A stretch of 63,172 nt of DNA, counting the filler, from Welwitschia mirabilis (Eukaryota): the NCBI GenBank assembly GCA_051453625.1. It is 7 parts of one record of this genome, joined end to end, with 100 filler letters (N's around TTAATTAATTAA, not from the genome) between each part and the next. Parts side by side here need not be neighbours in the genome. Positions count along the whole stretch, not along the records: positions 11,045 to 36,958 come from JBOZIK010000001.1; 6 more parts are not named here. One strand, given 5' to 3'. Position 1 is the first letter of the stretch; each line of letters begins with the position of its first letter. Below the pieces are notes generated by a model. The model was not told the DNA's origin, searched no databases, and worked only from the letters and a program-made list of their open reading frames with translations. The position numbers and the translations under genes were made by a program. Shown here in pieces: positions 12,257 through 24,951 of the stretch.

Positions 12257-13423
12257 TGTTGGTAGCCTAAATTACACTTTAAAAGTACTCAATGGTTGAA
12301 ATAATGAAATTTCAACTAGGCTAAGTATAGAGTAATTCAACCAACAAATGTCGTAACCTGAAGAGCATAAGGTAACATTCTAATAAAGCATATAAATAAG
12401 AAAGAATATACTTTTAATTCCAATCCAATGTTTTTGACCAATTTTGTGTTTTTTGGTAATGTAAAAAGGGAAATTAACAATGCAACTTTTCTAATGTGCA
12501 ATGCAAGAATGAAAGAGAGATAAGATGCAAGCCTATGATAACCAAATTTTTGAGTTATTATCACCCAACTTAGCTCTTATGACTTGTCTTTAATTCAGAA
12601 TTAATCTAGAAAATAGCATTAATCTAACTTCAACACAAACCATAAGATAAATCATATGAATCGAAGAAGAAAGACATTTTATTAAATAAATTAAATGTCT
12701 TACAAACACCTCAAAAAGGTAGTAACTTCTCAATATCAGAATACAGCCTAATCACCAGGAATGATCTTTCCTATGCTAAAATGGATTCTTGACTCCTTAA
12801 ATGCCCTTATCATCAATTCTCTAATGCTAAAAAGTTGACTAACTAATGCCAAACGGGGGTTTTTATAGTTTCCTAAGATGGTTATGGATCAGAAAGGTCG
12901 ATACATGCGAAGAGACATTATTAGGCATAAATTAAATCTTAATTGACTCAGTTAAGAAGAAGTTATGACACTACAGTAACATGATACTCCTTCATCATCT
13001 AATCACAGCTCTCCACATCAGAAACTCATTGGAATTTGAATTTGAAACTTAATTGATATGTCATCTCCTATGTTATGGAGACAATAAGGCCATGATAGCC
13101 ACATCGATATGCCACATCAGTCTCACTAAGCTAGCCACCATAAGTCTACTTTGAATTGATTTAACCTTGTGGTCATTCCCTATGTCATGGGGATAACAAC
13201 AAGGATGACAGTCATTTTTTTGGGCTTTTTGTCTACTTTTTGCTCCACTTTTTTTCTTAGTTGAATTCCTATTTTTCTAAATGAAAATATGGTACTTATG
13301 TTTATAACTGGATTGTTATATCGATTTACAACAAAATTCCTAAAAATGATTAGATTAAGTTCCTATTCCCTATAAAACATCACCAATTATACTATTAAAG
13401 CATAATAATTTATAAGCACAACA
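12257..13423 (-). repeat. Element B 5' LTR (uninterrupted)
   Basis: Termini tgttg...caaca; adjacent PBS; colinear with 3140-3524 plus 398-1035. Confidence 0.88.
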
Positions 13424-15833
13424 TCCATGATAGCTAAGACAACACTCATCCTTTTTCTTCAGTGCAATCTTGGATGTCTTGCTTCACCTAATATTTTAAA
13501 ATGAAAGGATCATGTTTTGAGCTCTTATGATATATATCTATGATGAGTTATTTGGATATGATTTCATATTACTTGAATAAAATTCATAAACTTTATCTTA
13601 TAGGAACACAGTAGCACACTTATAAAGATTTCTTGTAGCTATATTTTAGATCATCTAAAGTAAAAAGAATACTATATTTACTCTTGTACTTTGTCATTTA
13701 TTGATTACATAAATGAACTTAGATGTATCATTCTTTTGAGATTAGTACTACTTAAGTTTTTCACATCAATTCAATATCACTATCTTGCATTATGCATACA
13801 CATTATCATTTTCTAAGCTATTATTGTTATATTTTATGATCTTTATATGTGTATGATAGTCATTCATTCTGTGGTTATGTGTTTAAGTAGAAGGCTTAGA
13901 AAAATATTAGTATTTGAATCAGTTAAATTANNNNNNNNNNNNNNNNNNNNNNNNNNNNNNNNNNNNNNNNNNNNATTTTTTTAGTTACTATTTATCTAAG
14001 TTAAATTAGCTTATAACCTAATTGATTTCTCACTTTATCAGGAACTAATAAGATTAAGTAGGAGGCTATGTTGCAATGCTAATTTATAGGAATTTGATGG
14101 TGTATTTTGAGTGCTTTTATAGGATTTTTATATAGGTTTGGATGTAATACTAATGATTATAAAGAACTAATAGGATGATCATTTAAACATGTAATTATTA
14201 GCATATTTAGAGGTTTCTTAGGCTTATTCTAATGCTTCAGATTTTAAAAGATGGATTTATAATGTAGAAGACTTGTTCCTCTTTGAAATTAAAGATAAAA
14301 ATCCTATCAATCCCCTTCTGTCATCTACATGATAGGCTGGATGAAACCACTACTTACATGGATAGAGGTTATCAAGTTTATAGCAAGGCATAAAGTTGAT
14401 GGACCATCTTTTGATATAGAGTAACATTTCCTATGTCATCCCATGATATTTGGGATGATAACTATTTTATATAATGGAAAGAATTATCTTTATAATGGGT
14501 TCATGTAGCTCATTTAGGCTGCTAGGGTTTCTTCTCTTACTTTTATGATTAAGCTTTTAGAAGTTCAATGTAAAACTATAAATACCCTCCCTTTATTTCG
14601 CTTTTTTTTCATTGTTTATACCTGATGCTCTTGTGATAGAAGACTAAAGAACAAGATGTTCATCTAATAGCTACATAGAAAATTTTCCTTGGTGTTTGGC
14701 TGAGTATCCTCCATTAAGGTACTACAACTTTATTATAAGTGGATGTAAAAGTTATATGATCAATTCAAATACTTTTTTCACTAAAATTATATTTATCTTT
14801 CTTATGGTTTAAGTTGATTATAGTTTAGTATCAAATCTATAATTTATTTAGATCATAAGAACAACCTTTGTTAAGGTTGATTCTATTAGTTTAGATTTGC
14901 ATTACTATTTTATTTTCATTTCATATCTACATTCAAATTCTATTTGGCATATCTCATAGTTCACAGTGGTTAGGAATAAGTGGTGAACTCTTCTTAATTG
15001 GTTTGAATTATAGAGATTTAGTTCTTGTGATAGAAGAATTAGGATTCAAATAGAACTCATCTTATTCACATTTCATCTATTAGATTTCATCTTCATTCAT
15101 CATTAAATTGTATTTTCATATTTGTNNNNNNNNNNNNNNNNNNNNNNNNNNNNNNNNNNNNNNNNNNNNNNNNNNNNNNNNNNNNNNNNNNNNNNNNNNN
15201 NNNNNNNNNNNNNNNNNNNNNNNNNNNNNNNNNNNNNNNNNNNNNNNNNNNNNNNNNNNNNNNNNNNNNNNNNNNNNNNNNNNNNNNNNNNNNNNNNNNN
15301 NNNNNNNNNNNNNNNNNNNNNNNNNNNNNNNNNNNNNNNNNNNNNNNNNNNNNNNNNNNNNNNNNNNNNNNNNNNNNNNNNNNNNNNNNNNNNNNNNNNN
15401 NNNNNNNNNNNNNNNNNNNNNNNNNNNNNNNNNNNNNNNNNNNNNNNNNNNNNNNNNNNNNNNNNNNNNNNNNNNNNNNNNNNNNNNNNNNNNNNNNNNN
15501 NNNNNNNNNNNNNNNNNNNNNNNNNNNNNNNNNNNNNNNNNNNNNNNNNNNNNNNNNNNNNNNNNNNNNNNNNNNNNNNNNNNNNNNNNNNNNNNNNNNN
15601 NNNNNNNNNNNNNNNNNNNNNNNNNNNNNNNNNNNNNNNNNNNNNNNNNNNTTAAAAGAAAAATATCAAAAATACTCTTGGAAATCAATTCTCAAACTTT
15701 AAGCCTACTACCTTCAATAAATTATGAAATTTAGGTTAACTCTTGTCTATACTAGTGTGTGTCTTTTTGCAAGTATTTTAGTTTATAGGTCTACCTAAAG
15801 GACTTAAGGATTGCATAAATTTACACAAAAATA
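13424..15833 (+). mobile_element. Element C2: 3' internal region, PPT and 3' LTR (14069 to about 15833) of a non-coding Athila derivative
   Basis: 13440-14068 parallels 25918-26575; PPT aagtaggaggcta then tgttgcaatgc; end gcataaatttacacaaaaata resembles ...ttacactacaaca at 27923. Confidence 0.8.
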
Positions 15834-16817
15834 ATAGGCACTTATATGGTGAAATAATTATTAAAAAAATAATAAAATAATAANNNNNNNNNNNNNNNNN
15901 NNNNNNNNNNNNNNNNNNNNNNNNNNNNNNNNNNNNNNNNNNNNNNNNNNNNNNNNNNNNNNNNNNNNNNNNNNNNNNNNNNNAAATAATTATTAAAAAA
16001 ATAATAAAATAATAAAAATAATATTAAAAAATACAAAAATTATATTTTTGTTAACCTAAAATAAGCTCACACCATTAAATAAAAATAAATAAAGGAATAC
16101 TAAAGAACTAGTTGGGATTCAACCATTCAGTACAAAATGCATCATCACAATAGTCTCGAGATGAAGTTACTTGAACTAATCAGGTTGGTTTTTTATTACT
16201 AAGTTACTATGTACATATANNNNNNNNNNNNNNNNNNNNNNNNNNNNNNNNNNNNNNNNNNNNNNNNNNNNNNNNNNNNNNNNNNNNNNNNNNNNNNNNN
16301 NNNNNNNNNNNNNNNNNNNNNNNNNNNNNNNNNNNNNNNNNNNNNNNNNNNNNNNNNNNNNNNNNNNNNNNNNNNNNAATATGCATGCAATGATACTCAA
16401 ATATGCTTTTCAACTTTATATTAAAATACTAATTGTTACATAAAGATGTGCTAAGGCTTGTGTTTTCCTTTACAAGTAACACCTTAAAATATGGAAAATG
16501 CTTCTTCACCCTTTACAAGATAGCTAGATCTTCCTTCCTTGACCTTCTTGCTTAGTCTATTCATAGAATGCTTTGCTAAAAAGATCCCCACTTTTGGTGG
16601 TGATCCCTTTGTTATACCCTTGTTTTTTTTATATCTATTCTTTGCTTCTTAAGAATAGGTATATGGTTGGAGTTGTTATTACTTTCCTGCCATCTCAACC
16701 TTCTCTCTTGTCTTCATGCCACATGGAATTTTATACATGAAATGCAATAATAAAATATATACATACCAACCTACTAACTAACTAACCTATTCATTAGTAA
16801 GTATATTAATAAAGAAA

Positions 16818-16941
16818 AACATATATTATTATTTAAAATGCATAGTTAAGATAATGAAAACACCATTAATGAGTAAGATAACATATATTATTATTTAAAA
16901 TGCATAGTTAAGATAATGAAAACACCATTAATGAGTAAGAT
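16818..16941. repeat. Perfect 62-bp tandem duplication
   Basis: aacatatattattatttaaaatgcatagttaagataatgaaaacaccattaatgagtaagat twice, no gap between copies. Confidence 0.9.
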
Positions 16942-19129
16942 TTACATTTAAATTTATCATCATCATTATATCAATAGCACACATTTAGAGAAACATGAAT
17001 CACTTATTTAAAACCCATTTAAGAATTAGCTTTAGTCCATTTAAATGTGTTATAGATAAAACTTTCTCAAAGGATTTCATTTATATTTTAAATTCCCCTA
17101 AAATCTACATATTCATAATGCCTTATCTTTCAATATGATGTGTTTAAGGAAGACATGATACTTGTTAAAGAATCCTTCAATAAGAGCTTATTCCCTTTAA
17201 GTTTCAAAGGATCATTCATTTTAATGTAGAATTCATAGACCCTTTGTAAACTTGACATGTCTCTTAGTCTATACCAAGATAACATGGTGAAAAAGCATAT
17301 GCCACTTGTTAAAGAATCCTTTAATAAGGTCTTACATGTTGGAAAAAAAATGCCACTTGTTAAAGAATCATTTAATAAGAACTTATCCTTTGTAATGGTT
17401 TTTATTAACTCTAAGAGATGGTATTTTTAGCTTATTTGCATTCACCTAACTTATGTTATTAAGTTGCAAGATCAAAAACCTCCTTCAAGTAGCTCCTTTT
17501 TGAGCTAATGTGAGTAGTAGAGTATGAAAAAAAATATAAAAAGATATTTATATCCCCTTTATCTTATAGACTTTCATCCTCTAGTGCCTCCTTTGATAGA
17601 ATCCAACCTCTTTTAATGTTATAATCTTTAACTATAAATTGATGCATAGACTTGGATTAAGAAATATTTAAAAATTATAAATTTAATTAATTTTGTCATT
17701 TTCCTAGCTTGTCATTTTCTATTCCTCTCTAATTATCATGTTCAACCTATCCTCTAACAAGAAAAAGTTCTATTATTGTGACATTTTGGTATGAGTTTTA
17801 TTTTAATTTTGTTTTATCTTTTTATTTTAAATCATGTAATTTTTCATGCCATTGAGGAAGGAATGTGTTAAAATTTAAAAATTCTTGTATGATATAAAAC
17901 ATTTTTTGAATTAAAGATTAATGCTTGGGATTTAATCTAATTTCTTATATGAATCTTCATATAAGAAGGGATTTTTAAACTTTAAGGATAACTCTCTTTT
18001 ATATCTTATGTAGAAGTCAAAGTCATATGAACTACGAATTTTGAAAAACTTAATGAAGATGTAAGCTTTACAACATTAAAATAAAAATTAATTAATTTAT
18101 GATGATTAAAATGATTAACTTATGCCAAAATGTTTAGTATAGAGGAGGTGTAATAATTTTACAAAAAATTATCCTTATCTAAAAAATAGTAAATGTTACA
18201 TATAATTATTAATAATATAGTTTTACAAATCTTAACATAAAACCTTAGGATAATTCTAAAGTTTCAATCTAGAGGTGAAACTCTTCTTAAAATAAGCAAA
18301 AAATATGATAAGAGCTTTGTTTAAAACACTTTTATAGAATCATGAATAAATGAAAATTAGTAAACATTGATAAGATAAAGGATTTAGAGTCCTTTATCAT
18401 TTCAAAGATTGCATCATCTAATCTAGTACTAATTACTAATAAATAAAAAGAAATGAATTACCTTAAAGTATATTTCAGTCATGTAATCGAAGATCCTTGT
18501 TATAAAGACAAATTAGCTAATTTAACATATTATTTAAAGTGTGTTTTAGGTCTTATTTTACAGGTTATTATTAATTTAACCATTTTCTGCTATTAAGGGT
18601 GAAAGACATAAAATTGGGCACAATTTGGATCAAATTGGATGTTCATATAGATGAAATTAGTATAGCAAATCACTATAGAAAAGATACTATAGTAGTTAAA
18701 GTTAATATAGTAGTTAAAGTTACTATAGTAAAGGCACTGTAGTAGGTTGATATAGCATCATCAACCTTGTCATCTAGAAAACTCTATAAGACAACAACAC
18801 TATATAAGAGTTACTATAGCAGTTAACATAGCAAAAAGTTATTGTAACATCATCTACATCATCATATAGACAATTCCAATAGGATTCTAATTAGTACAGA
18901 ACCATCAGAAAAGCATGATTTTTGATAGTATGAACTATCACTCATCTATGATCATCAAAATAACATCTAAGATAAGATTAAGAACATTTAAAACTAATAG
19001 GTGTTAACCATTAAGGAGAAATTTTCACTATTATCTAGCTCATCATCTAGATAACACTCCTAGACAACATTTAGTTATTTGTTTTAAAAATGTAATTAAA
19101 CCTTTATTAAAATTAGTTTTAAAGGCTCC

Positions 19130-22100
19130 CAGAATTAACCCACCCTTTTGATTTTGTAACTTTTGAACGCACAAAAATAATTTTCAGAATCTTGTCAAGC
19201 ATGCATGATTCTCATCTCCTCCAGCTTTGAATCTTTAGCAAATACAGGCTAAACTTAAATCTATTAAGTTAGCTTGTAAGGAAAGTTTTGGTCACTTAAC
19301 TAAGAGCCTTAGCCACAGAATTACAGAGGCAAGGAAGTCTCTTCATGACATTCAGCTATCTCTTCAAGGCTCCATTCAAAATTCAGATCTTATTCAATAG
19401 GAAAAAGATGCTACTCATCGTCTCCANNNNNNNNNNNNNNNNNNNNNNNNNNNNNNNNNNNNNNNNNNNNNNNNNNNNNNNNNNNNNNNNNNNNNNNNNN
19501 NNNNNNNNNNNNNNNNNNNNNNNNNNNNNNNNNNNNNNNNNNNNNNNNNNNNNNNNNNNNNNNNNNNNNNNNNNNNNNNNNNNNNNNNNNNNNNNNNNNN
19601 NNNNNNNNNNNNNNNNNNNNNNNNNNNNNNNNNNNNNNNNNNNNNNNNNNNNNNNNNNNNNNNNNNNNNNNNNNNNNNNNNNNNNNNNNNNNNNNNNNNN
19701 NNNNNNNNNNNNNNNNNNNNNNNNNNNNNNNNNNNNNNNNNNNNNNNNNNNNNNNNNNNNNNNNNNNNNNNNNNNNNNNNNNNNNNNNNNNNNNNNNNNN
19801 NNNNNNNNNNNNNNNNNNNNNNNNNNNNNNNNNNNNNNNNNNNNNNNNNNNNNNNNNNNNNNNNNNNNNNNNNNNNNNNNNNNNNNNNNNNNNNNNNNNN
19901 NNNNNNNNNNNNNNNNNNNNNNNNNNNNNNNNNNNNNNNNNNNNNNNNNNNNNNNNNNNNNNNNNNNNNNNNNNNNNNNNNNNNNNNNNNNNNNNNNNNN
20001 NNNNNNNNNNNNNNNNNNNNNNNNNNNNNNNNNNNNNNNNNNNNNNNNNNNTACAAGATTAACTGATCCTCAAGCTATTAAAAATGAAGTTCTTAGATAT
20101 TTCCAAAAAGTTTTAGGCACTACAGTCATTACTGAGCATCCAATTCAGAAAATTACTACCTCAGGGCCTACCGTTTCTACTGAACAATGTATGTATCTTT
20201 GTAGACCTATTATAGATGATAAGATTAAAAAGGCTATGTTCCATATATCCAACAAATCTGCTCCAAGACTGGATGGCATAAATTCCAAATTCTATAAATT
20301 ATCTTGGGATCTAATTGATAATNNNNNNNNNNNNNNNNNNNNNNNNNNNNNNNNNNNTTATAAATTACCTCTAGGAATGAATTCTACTGCAACTTCTCTG
20401 ATTCCTAAAGGTTAGTGTTCAAATACACCAGCTGATTACAGGCCCATAGCTTGTTGTAATGTCATTTACAAGTGCATAATCAACATTATAACTTTCAGAT
20501 TAAAAGATATTATAGGTCACTTAGTTGGCCAAGAACAAGGAGCTTTCATTCAAGGAAGAAGTATTATACATAATATTCTTCTTGCTTNNNNNNNNNNNNN
20601 NNNNNNNNNNNNNNNNNNNNNNNNNNNNNNNNNNNNNNNNNNNNNNNNNNNNNNNNNNNNNNNNNNNNNNNNNNNNNNNNNNNNNNNNNNNNNNNNNNNN
20701 NNNNNNNNNNNNNNNNNNNNNNNNNNNNNNNNNNNNNNNNNNNNNNNNNNNNNNNNNNNNNNNNNNNNNNNNNNNNNNNNNNNNNNNNNNNNNNNNNNNN
20801 NNNNNNNNNNNNNNNNNNNNNNNNNNNNNNNNNNNNNNNNNNNNNNNNNNNNNNNNNNNNNNNNNNNNNNNNNNNNNNNNNNNNNNNNNNNNNNNNNNNN
20901 NNNNNNNNNNNNNNNNNNNNNNNNNNNNNNNNNNNNNNNNNNNNNNNNNNNNNNNNNNNNNNNNNNNNNNNNNNNNNNNNNNNNNNNNNNNNNNNNNNNN
21001 NNNNNNNNNNNNNNNNNNNNNNNNNNNNNNNNNNNNNNNNNNNNNNNNNNNNNNNNNNNNNNNNNNNNNNNNNNNNNNNNNNNNNNNNNNNNNNNNNNNN
21101 NNNNNNNNNNNNNNNNNNNNNNNNNNNNNNNNNNNNNNNNNNNNNNNNNNNNNNNNNNNNNNNNNNNNNNNNNNNNNNNNNNNNNNNNNNNNNNNNNNNN
21201 NNNNNNNNNNNNNNNNNNNNNNNNNNNNNNNNNNNNNNNNNNNNNNNNNNNNNNNNNNNNNNNNNNNNNNNNNNNNNNNNNNNNNNNNNNNNNNNNNNNN
21301 NNNNNNNNNNNNNNNNNNNNNNNNNNNNNNNNNNNNNNNNNNNNNNNNNNNNNNNNNNNNNNNNNNNNNNNNNNNNNNNNNNNNNNNNNNNNNNNNNNNN
21401 NNNNNNNNNNNNNNNNNNNNNNNNNNNNNNNNNNNNNNNNNTAAACCTGTTCAAGCAGAAGGATTGGGATTAAAAGATACATTAAATACTAACATTGGTC
21501 TTCTCTTAAAATTGATTTGGGATATTGCTTTATAGGGTGAAAGTGCTTGGATAAAATGGATACATGAATATTACATCAAGGGAAATTTCTTTTGGCATAT
21601 GAAGATAAAAGTAAGTTACTCTTGACCTTTCAAAAAATTACTCCATCTTAGACAAGATGCTATTAGATGTGTTGATGTAATACATAATGTTTTATCTTAT
21701 ATTATACCTGGCAAATCTTTTTTTGTTGCTACATCCTATGAGGCATTATCACAATAACATGTTTACTTTCCGTAATACAAATTATGCTGGGNNNNNNNNN
21801 NNNNNNNNNNNNNNNNNNNNNNNNNNNNNNNNNNNNNNNNNNNNNNNNNNNNNNNNNNNNNNNNNNNNNNNNNNNNNNNNNNNNNNNNNNNNNNNNNNNN
21901 NNNNNNNNNNNNNNNNNNNNNNNNNNNNNNNNNNNNNNNNNNNNNNNNNNNNNNNNNNNNNNNNNNNNNNNNNNNNNNNNNNNNNNNNNNNNNNNNNNNN
22001 NNNNNNNNNNNNNNNNNNNNNNNNNNNNNNNNNNNNNNNNNNNNNNNNNNNNNNNNNNNNNNNNNNNNNNNNNNNNNNNNNNNNNNNNNNNTGCAGCGAT

Positions 22101-22400
22101 GATATATCATATATGGTGACTCAAAAATCATTTTCTTTTCAAGAATTCTAAACCAGATATTCCTTAACTCATTAATAATATCATATTTGACTTGAGGATG
22201 AATCTTTCTCAGATTTCTAAACTCAAGAATACTCCCACTAATAGAAGATGGATCTCTCAGATGGGTCTTGTCCACATTGGTCTTAGAGTCTTTTTCTTTA
22301 CTATAATCTAATGGTTGATACAAAGTTTTTAGCTAAAAGATGTTTTGCTACTTCTTATTTGGAAAATTTCTTAGATGCTTTAGCTAAACACACACATAGT
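19130..22400 (+). pseudogene. LINE ORF2 reverse transcriptase, disrupted and gapped
   Basis: KSAPRLDGINSKFYKLSWDLI, SLIPKG, DYRPIACCNVIYKCI, QEQGAFIQGRSIIHNILLA, EGLGLKD...LLKLIWDI...WIKWIHEYY. Confidence 0.92.
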
Positions 22401-22459
22401 CTTTAATGTTTTTCTCTGTTGTGCCCTATTTTTTAAAGCTATAAATTATAAAAGAACTC

Positions 22460-23520
22460 TATCACAGATTGCTCATAATATCTGCAATTATCTAACATAG
22501 TTTGTAGCTTACTTGATGCTTCTTTGGTTGCAAATTTTTTGAATGCAGTGTGTAGGCAGCATCTTATTGTTGACCTATGTTTCTCCAGATGATTAATAAT
22601 TCACACAGCTGGAAATAAAGTATCTCTAACATATTACTTCCCAGTTAAGTATACACAGCTGGAATAAATACCTACTGCAGTCTCTATAGCTAATAATTTA
22701 CACAACTAGAAGTATAATCATGTAGCCCTCAAAGCTCTTGCCAGCTAGCTTAATCAACTGGAATAATTACCTGCTACAGTCTCATTGCTATCAGATTTTC
22801 ATTGGACATATATGCTATGGTGTTTCTTTTATTGAAATATGCAAACATAGTTCTTGTCTTGTTCTGTTTTGTCCAAACTTTTTTGCAGTTACAAATCTAT
22901 TGAATGCAGTGTGCAGGCTGCATTTTATTATTGCCCTTCTCTAGATGATTAAATTCTTTACATAACTGGAAACAAANNNNNNNNNNNNNNNNNNNNNNNN
23001 NNNNNNNNNNNNNNNNNNNNNNNNNNNNNNNNNNNNNNNNNNNNNNNNNNNNNNNNNNNNNNNNNNNNNNNNNNNNAATAAATACCTACTATAGTCTCTA
23101 TAGCTAATAATTTACACAGCTAGAATTATAATCATGCAGCCCTCAAAGCTCTTTCCAGCTAGCTTAGTCAGCTGGAATAATTACCTGCTACAGTCTCATT
23201 GCTATCAGATTTTTGTTGGACATATATGCTATGGTGTTTCATTATTGAAATATGCAAACATAGTTCTTATCTTTTTCTATTTTGTCTGAACTTTTTTGCA
23301 ATTACAAATCCTATTGAATGCTATGTGCAGGCTACATTTTATTGCTGCCCTTCTCCAAATGATTAAATTCTTTACATAGCTGGAAACAAAACAGCTCTTC
23401 ATACAACTGGAAAATACTTGCTGCAGTCTCCATTGAAAATAAGTAGCAATTGTATTTCCTGATGATGTGCAGCATCCTGATGTAGATTTTGTTGGATACA
23501 TTTACTATGCTGTTTTTAGA
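22460..23520 (+). repeat. Tandem repeats in the LINE 3' UTR
   Basis: About 350-400 bp units (22460-22620 ~ 22790-22975 ~ 23200-23390) with cacagctggaataa and tacctgctgcagtctc sub-repeats. Confidence 0.8.
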
Positions 23521-24951
23521 GAGATTTTGATCTCTCACCTGATTTTGTAAGAGTTTGATTCACGTTGGACATATAGTAATGAAATTTTTACAATTTCATT
23601 CAAAAAAAAAAATAGGTTTTAAAGGTGTTCTTTCACATCATGCCTCTTAGTGACCTCAACCACTAATCCAAAACTATAAATACCCTGATAAACACTCCAT
23701 TTATCATTTTTAGATTAATTTTAATATCTTATAGTAATTACAGCATCAATTAGTAAATGTCTATCCTAAATTTGAGAAGGGTTTTCCTTGGTACTAGGAT
23801 GAAGTTTCTTCATTGGGCTATTGTTACTCATTAAAGGATGTAAGCATGTCTTGTAATTTAATGAATAATAAAGTATGTTTTATTTAATTCTCTTCTTTCC
23901 TATTCCTTATTTTTAATGATGTATTTTATTCAAGATTAAAGTGAAATTAATAGGAATATGTTATAGTTTGTAGGATTCAATTCAGATGATAATAGATTGG
24001 TAGTTTGATTAAGAAACTGCATTAGAACTACATTCATTTCTCATAGTCATTTTGCATTACATTCCATCATATCTTTTCCATCATTGCATTATTAATTTAG
24101 TTAATTTTGATTATTTAAATATATAACCAATTCTATTCTTCTCTCTCTAATTATTTATCTCTTATTGAAATAAGACCTTCCAACTCACTTTTTTCAAAGT
24201 TTATAAGTCTATGTTAAATCTCATCACTATACTAGGAATGTTATATTTCTTAACTTATGATTTAAAATTCTTTAAGGATAACTTATAGTTATTTAGAAAC
24301 TTAACACTTAGAAATTACATCATTTTGGCATTGTTGTTAGGGATAAAAGTGAGTCTTTAAAGAAGATCCTATTCAATATTCTTAGGCAAAAGAATGTAAG
24401 CCTTCAAATAGAAAGTCATTAAAGGAAGAGACTTGTGATTAATATTAAGTTATAGATCAAAATAAAGGTGAAATTTTTATTTTAGTATATTACTTTATTT
24501 TAATGTTATACATTAGTTCCAAGTTTAAGTCTACAAGCTTTTCTTGATTACTCTTCTTGGATTATAACATATATTCTATTATGTTTTTATAAATTTTCTT
24601 TTTAAGATTTTAAATTAGTTTAGTCCTTGCACTTAGTATGATCTTCAAGAATACCAATTTAGACCTAATTATTCCATTTAATATGATCTTGAAATTTTTA
24701 ATCAAATTATTTAATCATCTTATTTATTTTTTGTATTAGTTAGTAAGAGTAATCTACACCTTGCACTTTGTGTGATTTGGGTGATTATCTTACTTGCTAT
24801 ACCAAGTATATTTATTATTATTCTCTTTTCTAGATGTCTGATAAAAGAACATTAAGAAAGATATTGATCAAAATTAAAAAATAAAATCCTTCCCATGAAC
24901 TCATTACTAAAAGGAAGAAATAACTTGCATTGGAAAAAGAACATAATTCCC

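Larger units (their letters stand above)
19126..23608 (+). mobile_element. 5'-truncated L1-clade LINE
   Basis: ORF2 relic, poly(A) from 23602, TSD aaaattagttttaaagg (19109-19125) / aaaataggttttaaagg (23609-23625); LTR D sequence resumes on both sides. Confidence 0.92.
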
